From assembly GCF_023055435.1 (NCBI RefSeq), contig NW_025963835.1, positions 2,418,001 to 2,482,000 of the forward strand: DNA of 64,000 bases. Reading direction: 5' to 3'. The translations under genes were made by a program, and so were the position numbers. The notes beneath the pieces are model-generated. The model had not been told where the DNA came from. It saw only the letters and a program-made list of their open reading frames with translations, and ran no database searches. This stretch comes from Haliotis rufescens. Its lineage: Eukaryota. Positions 21,939 through 33,100 of the stretch are shown piece after piece. How positions within the stretch are numbered: the stretch's first letter is position 1; each line of letters begins with the position of its first letter.

Positions 21939-24900
21939 TTAATAAACATGTATTAATAAATAGAGTAAGGTAAGTGAGCACAATAAGGATGATATGGATC
22001 CAACATTTTCAGGACTGTGCATCTGCAGTGCCGGATTTGGCAGTGCTGACTGTTCAGTGGACTTGACCCAACCACCTGTTCTGGACGAGGCCGAGGACAA
22101 CGGTCACTGCGACCTGGCTACCAGGAACTGCCAGATGTTGACAGTGTTTGGATTGACTTAATATCTCTTGAACTGCTTACTTAGGCTGAGCAGAGTATTC
22201 AACTTTTAATAATGATATTGCTAGTGGGCATGTAAACGTAGGTGATAGTTTGTAGTACCATTGAATAAGAATATGCCTGTCAATAGTTAAGCAGTTGAGC
22301 GGTCTGAAGGCTACAGCTTTTGACAATCGCTACAGATAAGTAAAGGTGTATTAAGCACTTCAGCAAGTGATCCAGCTGGATTAACGCCGCCTTTCCAGTA
22401 ATGTACTACCCGAAAGAAGTTGAATAAGACCGGATTTATTCAATGACAATTAATAATATGTCAGATCATGGCAAATTAACTATTCTATGAAATAATCGTG
22501 TGTTCTGGTAGTCCGGACTGATGCTGGTTTTATATTTTTTACATGGCTGTAGGCTCAGAGACATTATACTGGATAGTCCTTGTCCCCTTAATTCCGAGTG
22601 GGTAACAACAAGTACCACCTTTGGGTATGGTTTGGGATCGAAACACCGACCTGTCGCTCTCCGGGTAGATGCCCTACCCACCAGCCACGGACACGATCCA
22701 CACGGGAATACTTGTACATGTTTTATACGTTCTTGTAGGTGGGCAATGGTGGATCCCTTAATGAGCCGGATACCCAGGTATCAGATGGTACTGAGCGGAG
22801 CTTGAGTGAAGTGGGATGCCCTGTAAGGGTGGACGCACCCAGGGGCATTGTCACAGCCTACAACATCTCCGTGGCCAACATTGACAACATCTACAGCGAG
22901 AGTGTCGAAGTTCTGGTATATGATAGCACGTGTGTGACTGTTGATCACGAGTCCAAAATCTGGATCGTAAGGGTAAGCCATAGACTATGTAGACTTTTCA
23001 AATTAACGCTTTTATTATTATTCAGTAAATATAATGCCGAGGTATAACCACGAATGCGCCAATCGTTCTGTCGATCTCTTTGAATTTCTCCTTTAATCTC
23101 TTCTAAAATTAATTTACACTGATAAATACAAAATAACAAGTCAACTAGAACACAATTCTGGTAAGACCGGGGGCAAAATTATATTTTTCCGGTACTTTTA
23201 TATCTAATTATTTCGTCCACGAATTATACCTCCATCCCCTAACCCCATATTAACATAAAAGCCTTTATTATTTGATCAAACAAATGAATATAGAGATTAC
23301 CTCAACCCTGACACAAACCGCGAAGGTCAACTTGAAGTGAGTGATTGAGTGGGTGAAGGAGTGAGTTTCCCTCCGCTTTTAGCAATGTTCCAGCAATATT
23401 CACACATTGTACCCATGTCGGGAATCGAACCCGGATCTTTGGAATTATTTGATCAGACAAATGAGTGTAGAGATTACCTCAACCCCGACGCTAACCCCGA
23501 AAGCCAACTAGAAGTTCAACATAATCAGTCAGTTCGGAAGAACAGATTAAACCCCAAAATGAAAGGATTAATATTCAGGACATTTAGATTACATTGTTTG
23601 CATTGGTAACTGTTCAGTACATTACCATACTACGAATTATGTTCTTGTCAGCGATCAATAAACTGAAAGTGTGCATTTTATGTATCAACAGAATGGATAC
23701 ACAGTGCAAAACGGCGTGTGCATCAGTAGAGACAGCTCAAGTAAGTGTCTTCAGATATCTTGGTCACAAAATGTTGCCATCAGCTGCAATTTCGTCCATT
23801 AGCAGAATCTATATTAACTGAAAGTCTTAGTCCAGTTCAATCAGAGGGATGCGTTAGTGAGATTTAAGATGTAAATTGCGTCCAAACATAACTTATTCCA
23901 CTGTGATCTCACATGAGCATCATATTTTAAGCCCCATTACTGACGCTTTGTATGAGTGAGGTTTACTAGTGAGGTTTATGAAAAGTTAATCCGGAATAAG
24001 GATTATCAATAACATGTTATTTTGGGAAAGAAAATTTGGACCACTATTGAGAGTGATTCGGTTCCATTGATTTATATACTGTTTACTTGGTAATAATATT
24101 TGTTTACCTTTATTACAAAATGTTACTTCCCTTTCACAGTCGAACATCTCTAATAAACGTTTTCCACACACAGGCGGCCCTGACGACACTACCACAACCC
24201 GATCGACGCCGACATCAAAACCGATCATAGACGTAACTGATTCAGTTGTGATACCAAATAGCACAGGCGCCAACTGCAAAATCACCATGTCCTATGTGAC
24301 ACTCCTTGCCTCCCTTATTTCTGGTGTCCTCTCACTGGCTTTGCGTGACTTCTGAACTCCCCCATTTCCCCTATGCGCTCAATGCTTTTTCTGAGTATAT
24401 GATAGGCTTCAGCTGGACTTGTATAACAAAAGCACCCATACAACTTCGCAATCTTCAAGCTCATTGTTCACCGGTCTATATAGGAGTTGCACTTGGGAGA
24501 GATATGGTTTATTCAGTGCAATGAAGAACACAATTATGAAGCACAGATTAATACTAAGTAGTAAAATATTAAAGATATAATTTGACAGTTTGTCAATTTT
24601 GAAGCACAGATTGATATCAATAAGTAAAGAATTAAAGATAAATATAACAGTTTGTCTAAAGTGGCTGCATTGCTTGAAGTCTCAAGACTATTGACATATT
24701 TATACATGGGTGCATTACGTAGACTTCTGAACCTATCCAGGGACCTTATACAGTCGATCTATATCCGAGTAGGCGATAGGCTAAATACTAAGCTTGAACT
24801 AGACTCGTTTAAGACAAGTATCTATACAACCTGCAGGCCAATCTTTACAATCTCATTCTTCGCGGATGATATTTGTTTGTTGACATTTGAATTGGACAAA

Positions 24901-26822
24901 CGTCGCATGTCCTCACATTTAAGACAAAAATAATGACACTCATATTTGGTCAAATATATATATATTCTAGTTTACAGCGTCAAGCATTTCTGTCATCACT
25001 GATTTTCAGTGATCCATTCTTATATTTTTCACCGCTATTTTGCCTTTTACACCCAATGGAATGAGTTCGTTGAATAATAGAGATTGGATATTCTCTGGTT
25101 TTGAAGTTTTATATGTCCATTATTACCAATTTCAAAATATGAATAGCAAGAAGAGTTACAAAGGTCTTTTCTTTGCTGCTCACATAGGTCAAAACCTAAT
25201 TAAACTTAATAAATGAAACACATATACATATAAACTGCAAACGTACCAATGCGCTTCTGAATAGGTTTCACGATTGAAACCAGATGACGATGCCTGTGGT
25301 GAAATCATAGAAAATACGTAATTAGAGTATAGGAAAATATATAAGTTGTATATGAAATTTTCTCACATGCAAATTGGGTGTTATTTCATTTATGGGATTG
25401 GTGGGGAAGTCTAGCAGTTAAAGCGCTTGCTTGACATGCAGTCTGTCCGGGTTTGAATCCCCACATAGACAGCAATGTGTGAAGCCATGCTAGTGCTGAA
25501 ATGTGTCCCCTGTTTTCCAATTCCATGTTTTGACACTGTACGATGCTTTTCTTCATTTTCCATCCGGAAAATCGTAAATGTCTAAATATCGATGTTTTTG
25601 TACAAAATATCCCCTAACTAACTGTTGAAAAGTGTTGCTATGGAAGTACTTATTGTTGGTATGGTTGATCACAGATTCTTGAATGCTTGTCACAAAATGC
25701 TTCAAAATAAAAGAATGGCTAATTCACACTTTGTTCTGTTTTTGTGTTTGTTTATCAAAAGGATTCAGAAATGAGCTTCATGTTTGGTGAGAGATGTATT
25801 GGGTGAGTGTGCATGCCGCTGAGAAGAATATTTCAGTTATATCAGGGTAAGTCAGCTTGATGTTAGAGACAAGGCCGAGGCGCTGCATGTCTTATATGTT
25901 TACCTCATTGCGGGTTTGTGCTGACAAACAGAGAAACGTAATATAGTCGCACCTGGGATCCGAACACACGATAGTAGGTTTCTGGCACTCGCAATGGACG
26001 CATCACTCCACGGCGAATGTTTGAAGCGTGTCGTCTTAAGACGAGGTATATAAATTGTGGGTAGTTGTGAACTAAAACAACTATTCAAAGGTGAAAAACA
26101 AAGAAATAATCAAAGGGGATTAAAAAGGAACAGTCGACAATACGTTACGACTGCAACATTGTTATTCGGCGTCAAATTGAAATAATAATTTTGCTGCTAA
26201 AGCGGACATTGAAACGAGGATCGAGATGCTGTTTCTGGTAAAATATGTGTTCATTTCTATTGTATTCTTCGACGAATTTACCACAAACTACGCATTTTAC
26301 AGTTACTGGCTTCTGCCTCAAGATTTTATTTTTAGAATGCATGAGTGAATGGATTGAGTTTTACATTGCGTTCAGCAACAATCCAGCAATATCACGGCTA
26401 GGGCATCAGCAATGGGCTTCACACATTGTATGTTGGGAATCAAACAAGGGACTTTCGCGTGACGTGCAAGCGCTTTAACCACAGGCTTTCCCACCACCCA
26501 TATGTAGGCATTTAACACCGACGTTAACTGCGCCATATCTGCATTGGTGGCGTCAATACATTCACACTGTTCGTCATTCCTTGATTAAGCCAGTCGCTAC
26601 AATTGATCTTCCTTTTTATACTCTTTTGTGTCATAAAGACGCTGTTTCAAATATGACAACACACCGCAAAAATATTTTTGGGCATACTGAAACATATATT
26701 CCACAATTATGATGTTAATATAAGTTGAAACGCGAAGTTTAACTGTGTGAAATTGATATGTAGAGAACTAATATGTGAAGTCATTAAATAACCACACACG
26801 ATCAATGAATAATAAACAAATT

Positions 26823-26997
26823 CAGTAAAGAACGGTTATAACGAACTCAAAGGGACTACTAATTTTAGTTCGTTTAACCGTAGTTCGTTATAAGCATATA
26901 TACAGCTAAACTACAGCAAAGAGTCGGGACCAAAAAAGTAAGTTCGTTATATCTGTCAGTTCGTTATACGCGTGTTCGTTATAACCGTAGTTTACTG
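26823..26997. mobile_element. Tc1/mariner (pogo/Tigger-like) MITE, present only in duplication unit 1
   Basis: TIRs cagtaaagaacggttataacgaac and gttcgttataaccgtagtttactg, followed by TA. The empty site aaacaaactatattgaaac is at about 44272-44290. Confidence 0.85.
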
Positions 26998-28284
26998 TAT
27001 ATTGAAACACACAGGCTCAGGTTTACAATGATAACAGGCAATACAATGTGTCCAACATGTGGCAGCAGCAATATACAATAGGCCCTATTACATCAGTCGG
27101 TGCACTCACGAATGTCCAGAATGTGTCACAATTGAATATCTTGAACAAGCACGTGTTCCGTTCTTGAATCCAGGAAATCGCTTTGGAAGCAGGAGGAGCG
27201 TCGATGTTTCCCCATGGGTGTCCCGTTCACTCATTGCAAGTAGATAAATCACAGGTCAGGTCGTAGAAAGAGGCCTAGTATCACCCTCGTTATGTTGGTT
27301 CCGCCATACTTCTAGAAACTACTAGCGTCAAGCGTCTCGAAACATGGAGGATCGACAACTGTAACCAAGGTCATCACAACGGTGCTCTCTATATCTGTAT
27401 AGTAACGAAGGTGTCAAGCACTAGGATGGAGTTTGGAATATAAACAAGTTAAAAAACCACAGCTCCAAACTACTAGCTGTCAAAATCACTACTTAAGCTT
27501 GATATTTTGTACGAGCGCCTCAATCAATGTGATTTATAATCACTTACAATCATCAGAAATAAAGTTACAGTAAATATATGAAATCATAGGTTTCATGCGA
27601 AGCATTGTGGTTGTAGAGGAGATGAAGGAAATAACGACGAACGGGTCTATCCAATTCCTGGGTGCACGTGATTTTGACTTTTCAGATCACTCACGTCACT
27701 AAACAGCGATAGGAAATCGTCTGCATGCTCGGCGACCATGCTCATGCACCGCTGTCAACAAATAGACAGAAGAAGAATACGAGGACAAGATTCCCTCAAA
27801 CTGTCATTGGGAGATCAATTCGGAGCATGCCACGCCATGAAAACAGCAAAGTCCAACGGGTATTAACATCTCTGACACATAGAGTGCTGACAGTCACACA
27901 GAAATTAAAGAATGTATTGCAATCTTAATCGATGTATGAAGACGCAAAGACTATCTAAAGTATATTACACGTTCTATTTATATAAACAGTGTGAGAGTAC
28001 ACTTCGGTGATTCAGTTTGAGCCACGTTCCTGATCCAATCACAGAATTGAGCAATGATGTCGACTCGAGAGGGCCAAGGTGAGGGAAAGCAAGTCAACGC
28101 AAGTGCAGAGAATACAGAACTGTGAGCGAAAAACGGAAAGTATCAGGATCACCACCAGGTGTGATGAAGAATACAAAGTCATACTTTTTAAAATGTGTTT
28201 TTCAAATGAAAAATGCCGAGCGAATGGATGAAGACAAGTATCAAACCTATCCCGAAATCATCATGTGTTTATAAATATGTACCT

Positions 28285-28729
28285 TTATCCTACAGAGGTA
28301 TATATCACTTACTAACTCGAGCAATAAACGTTATTGTTCTGTGTTAAATTAGAGAATGTGTAAGTATGCTGAGAACGATAACTTTTTATCTGACGAATAA
28401 GGAAAAGGAAAGGTCGACAGAGGAACACATTTCATCTTTAACATCTATAGTGGAATCGAGGAAATCGCTCAAGTAATCAGCTTATTTAACCTTTATTGGC
28501 TTCAAAGGGCTTAATATACTATTGAAGGGCTATTCTTTGAAAGAAGTTATCAAACCTTGAGATATGTGGACGGATGTATGAGGCTATTATATCTTCATAT
28601 ACGAGTGTTAAATGTTGTGAGGGGATTTTACTCAGTTGTTCGATGTGAGATGGGATTTGCAGCAAGGATGCTTACTTTCCCCTTTGTTGTTCAACATATA
28701 CATAAACGATCTCATTACTACATTAAATG
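28285..28729 (+). mobile_element. Degenerate LINE reverse transcriptase remnant, unit 1 copy, ending in a gap
   Basis: YRGI.., STEEHISSLTSIVESRK, DLQQGCLLSPLLFNIYINDL. Confidence 0.8.
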
Positions 28730-28891
28730 NNNNNNNNNNNNNNNNNNNNNNNNNNNNNNNNNNNNNNNNNNNNNNNNNNNNNNNNNNNNNNNNNNNNNNN
28801 NNNNNNNNNNNNNNNNNNNNNNNNNNNNNNNNNNNNNNNNNNNNNNNNNNNNNNNNNNNNNNNNNNNNNNNNNNNNNNNNNNNNNNNNNNN

Positions 28892-29038
28892 TGAGTATGT
28901 ACTGTGTATGTGTGAGTATGTACTGTGTATGTGTAAGTACTGTGTGTGTAAGTATGTACTGTGTATGTGTAAGTACTGTATGTGTGAGTATGTACTGTGT
29001 ATGTGTAAGTACTGTGTGTGTGAGTATGTACTGTGTAC
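28892..29038. repeat. Minisatellite, same family as 9766-10278
   Basis: tgagtatgtactgtgtatgtg repeats immediately before duplication unit 2. Confidence 0.95.
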
Positions 29039-30169
29039 ATTGAGGAAGTTCAGCATCTCAATATTGTTTTCTCACTAAACTTCTGATGGTATTTGCTTTT
29101 TTTATTTTTGTGAGTGGGTGACTGAGTGAGTGAGTGAGTAGGTGGGTAGGTGTTTGTGTGAGCGAAATCTAAGATGTATCTATATATGGTCACCACGTTT
29201 CGGGATAAATGCCCAATGGATCATATGAAATGTATCGTGTGAGATAGTGGTATACTTAGTTTAAAACACAAATGTTTTGAAAGAATTGAACTTTGTATGT
29301 ATGTAAGCTATATGAACATGATGATATATGCTATGCTTTTCTATCTGCAACGTTTGTCGGCTAAAACATGAATCTATAGCAAGCTATATATTTAACTTGA
29401 GTGAAATAATTTGCGCAGTCTACCAATAAAACTTTCGCTGAAAACCATGAGAAAAAACGCCATTCTTCATCTCCAACTGAAGAACAGAGAGTTATTTATA
29501 CACAGCTCATTTAAAAGGTCCAGTTCGTGTGAGGTTTCGCCTTTCTTATGCTTGATTTTTCAGGCGGTGAGGTCCACGATTATTGCACTTATGTAGCGAC
29601 GTGCGTGTGTGCGTGTGGGCGTGTGCGTGTGCGTGCGCTCGCGCGCGCGTGTGTGTGTGTCTGCTTATACTAGACCGGACTGATGCCGATTTATAGTGCT
29701 AGCCCGCTGAGATACCATACCACAGTTTAACATGAATACCCAACTCAGACTACAGTATACAAGCGCCTGTATATACCAAAGCCTATGATTCATTCATTGT
29801 TAATAGTATTTGCAAGTATAACACATACACACCGTTCTTAGCGAAGATATTCATGACGCACCTTCTACAAGGAAGTAGATATACCAATGAAATTTTGTTT
29901 ACCTCGTAACTTCCAGTAACATGGCCTGATCTGTCATATCGAAAGGTTATATATATATATATTCCTTTAGCACCAGCAATGATAATGATGTGGTGTGATT
30001 ATATTGCGACGAATCAAACGTGACCACGCTCAAACAGCCAAACGGCCACAAACGAAACTTGCGAAATCCGACGTTTTGACCTTGAACAAACTTCCCCCTT
30101 GTGGGCTATATAAGTGGTAGCTTCATCAGTCTTGGTATCACATCTCATGACCGAGTGACCAAGACTGTG

Positions 30170-33100
30170 ATGGCAACCTTCAAGTGGCAAATAAGGTTTG
30201 TCATTATTGTATACCATAAACATACGTGTAGGTTATCACGAGGCAAATTGATTGTATGCTTGTATTGAGGGACTTCATGTAATTCCTTAGGTCTTTTTAT
30301 GCACCCTTTTCAGATTTCCGTGTTTTTTCTAGTTATTAAAAGTTTATTTTAAAAACATCGAAATATTTCTCGTTTTTTCGATTATTTTTTCGTAATTTCG
30401 ATTATTTTCACGCAATTTCGATTATTTTCTCGAAATTTCGATTATTTTCTGGTTATTTTAAGTTGATTTAAATAATTCGAGTTGTTTATCGTTTCTACGA
30501 ATATTTTCTCGTCACTTCAATTAATTCTCTCGAAACTTCTTGACATAACAAAACAAAAATTGAAATTAGGAGAAAGTGATCCAAATAACGAGAAAATAAT
30601 CGAAGCAACGAGAAACAATTCGAAATGCCGATTTTTAAAAGAAAAACTTGAAATAACGAGAAAAAGTTCTTTATTTTGAATTATCTTTCGACAGGAATCA
30701 CCGAATAATGATGGCATGGAATGTTATTCTCATGGCAACTGCCGTTTTGCATGTTGTGGATGGTCAAACTGGTAGGTAAACGTAGTTTCTGCATACATGT
30801 TCAACAGTCTCAATTTCAAATGAGAGGTGGTGGTATACGTTCTGATGAAACCCTATGTTATCGGAAATGACATGAGGGGTTTATTTGCAAGTGACAATCA
30901 ATAATTGTTAAATATTAAATGATTCCCATCTGTACAAAGGTATCTTTAAGCATACAATGTTTCAACACCATGGGGAATCCAGGACCGACTTACACAAATC
31001 TTAAGCTATGTTGATGTATAGGCGTTACGATCATCTTAGCAATAAGATCGCTTTGTTCAAGTAGGCCCTGGTAAAAATGGATCACTTTGTCACCTCGCTT
31101 TTATGTCCGCAGAGCCGTGTGTGGATTTCAAAGACATTCCTGAGGTCGCTAGACGAAACCCGAACATCGCAACCCAGGTTGGAGGAGCCACAATAAATGA
31201 CAGAACGCTCCCTGATGGGTGGTACGGCGCCGCTAACTATGCACTTGAGGAGAGTGCCCCTGGGTTCCTCCGCTGCGGATCACTGTACCCGATATGGCGA
31301 CAAAGTGAGTTTCCTTTCACACACATTGCTCACTTTATTAAGAGATTGATTTTATTGGTTTTTCGTTTTACGCTGCACTCAGCAATATTCCAGCTATATG
31401 ACGGCGGTCTGTAAATATTAGAGACTGGACCAGACAATCTAGTGGTCGACATCATGAGCATCGATCCACGCAATTGGGATCGATGACGTGCTTCAACCAA
31501 GTCATGGAGGCTGACCACCTGATCCCGTTAATCGCCTCTTATGACAAGCATAGTCACCTTTTACGGGCATGGGTTGCTGAAGACCTATTTTATCCCGCAT
31601 CTGAGATTGGTATTCCATTCTTGTCATGTGATATAGTCCAAAGAAATTCGTAGAACCCCAAACTCAACTTATGACGTCTACATTTCCCTATTTCTCAGGT
31701 GCTTTTCAAATTATTCACATATTTTGTATACAACTTAGCTTTTCATTCACGCTTTTACCCAAAACGTTTTGGCCAAGTCATTCCAGAAATTTCACAGGAG
31801 ACATTCAGAGGAACATAATAATATTACAGGTCGCATTTCATCATGATGCGCGATGCTATCCAAAATGATGACATTTACATTTCACACCTCTTTTCTCACT
31901 TTCATTCTCCCTTTGATGACACTTATGTGGGAAGCGGGTCCTTCCCGAAGAGAAGATATTTACCTGGTGACACGATTCATTTCAGTGATCCATCCATGTG
32001 ATTTCATCACTAATGTGCCCTTTTCGACGTATTTGATGTTGTTTAGTGCGCAAAGTTCAACTGTTGGTCATATGAATCTGATAGCAATTTTAAAACATTT
32101 TCCTTATGTCTTAAACCTCCGTCCTTTTGGGAAAAAACATCCAGGTTCTGAAAAATATACCTAAAAGACAGCAATGTTTAAAGCAAACGTAACAATATTA
32201 TAAATACAAAACAAATGGTAGTTACTTCAATTAACAAATCAATATTTATTATATTGTAATGTAATAACTCTTTCCTTCAGGTATTTCTGGAAAAACAGCA
32301 ACCATGTGTATTCAAGATACATCTAACACATGCTCGAATCAGTTTACCGTACAAGTTGAGGACTGCAACGGTTACACAGTCTACAATCTGAAGGCATCGC
32401 CTATTCATCAGAGCTCCTACTGTTTCCGTAAGCTTTTGGATGTCTTAGTTTACTTGCTTCTCCTCTCAACTTGTCATTAAAATGGAATGTAATTAGAAGT
32501 GTCAAAGAGGAAATAGGAATCTTGATTACTAAAGAAATCTTCACCATTGAGGAGAAGGTGGTCCAGTGACCTTTGCAGATTTGAGCCCCTTTGTACTGCA
32601 AGGGTAGGCTGATCGCCATGTTTAGCCTTGTTCGAAGTTATGTTAAATCCATTTCAGCCATTTGATTCTTTCTAATTCATAAAAAAAGATGTTACAGAGG
32701 TATCTAACAATTCTACCATTCTCGAGCATCTAAAGGACAATAATATATAAATTCATGTTAATGATGTTTCTATTTTGAATAACTTTCACTACTATCATCT
32801 TTACAGGTGAGATCACTCCGAGTAAGTATTTTATACACTTTGTTGTATTTTATAGTATTTAATGTTTTGTTTCTTAACAATTGATAAATAGCGACCCGCC
32901 TCCGTGCTGTTGAAAACATTGTGTCTGCTCGGAGAGCGGAAGGCCGGTGGTTCAATGCCCTGGCTCCGTCACATACAAATTCGTTGAAAGATGGTTCTTG
33001 TACTTACGCTGCCTGGCGCTCGGCATTAGGATGATAAAGCAATAACAAGGATGTGCCAGCTCAGGCGCAGTATAATAGTCTGAATGGGATATCTTTGCAA

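Larger units (their letters stand above)
12715..24355 (+). pseudogene. VWDE: VWDE-like gene copy 1, truncated by a premature TAA at 22159-22161 (pseudogene or anchorless form). Exons 12715-12740, 13489-13565, 14069-14260, 15077-15223, 15589-15603, 16162-16418, 16819-16905, 17447-17788, 18068-18153, 18890-18953, 19442-19627, 19902-20113, 20238-20466, 20677-20823, 21036-21225, 22013-(22161), 22739-22972, 23692-23740, 24174-24355
   Basis: Signal peptide MMASNVILMVTAVLHVVYGQ. D8C-like DRTLPDGWY..CGSLFPIW..VKVEDCNGYTVYNL..SYCF. VWD CSSNNDPY..CNCGVAV..LPTGARV..RGLCG..FNSWRV. EGF CPNDCSNRGTCNKGLCICSAGFGSADCS. A 112-bp deletion relative to copy 2 removes the exon 16 donor. Confidence 0.8.
11476..28729 (+). 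repeat. Tandem segmental duplication, unit 1. Unit 2 is about 29035-53000; unit 3 is about 53930 to beyond 64000
   Basis: ggaagttcagcatctcaatattgttttctca recurs at about 11487, 29044 and 53940. Exons, introns and downstream spacer are colinear: 24880-28729 aligns to 42495-46150. Confidence 0.95.

Noticed and set aside
23594-23821. 75-aa ORF conserved in copies 1 and 2
   Set aside because: It overlaps the 49-nt exon 18 in a different frame. The real exon frame is NGYTVQNGVCISRDSS.
24131-24140. Alternative acceptor ctttcacag for the last exon
   Set aside because: It is out of phase with exon 18. The acceptor at 24173 gives the open stalk and hydrophobic tail.
24652-24933. 93-aa ORF containing FADD
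   Set aside because: There are no other RT motifs, it is not shared with copy 2, and the match is probably chance.
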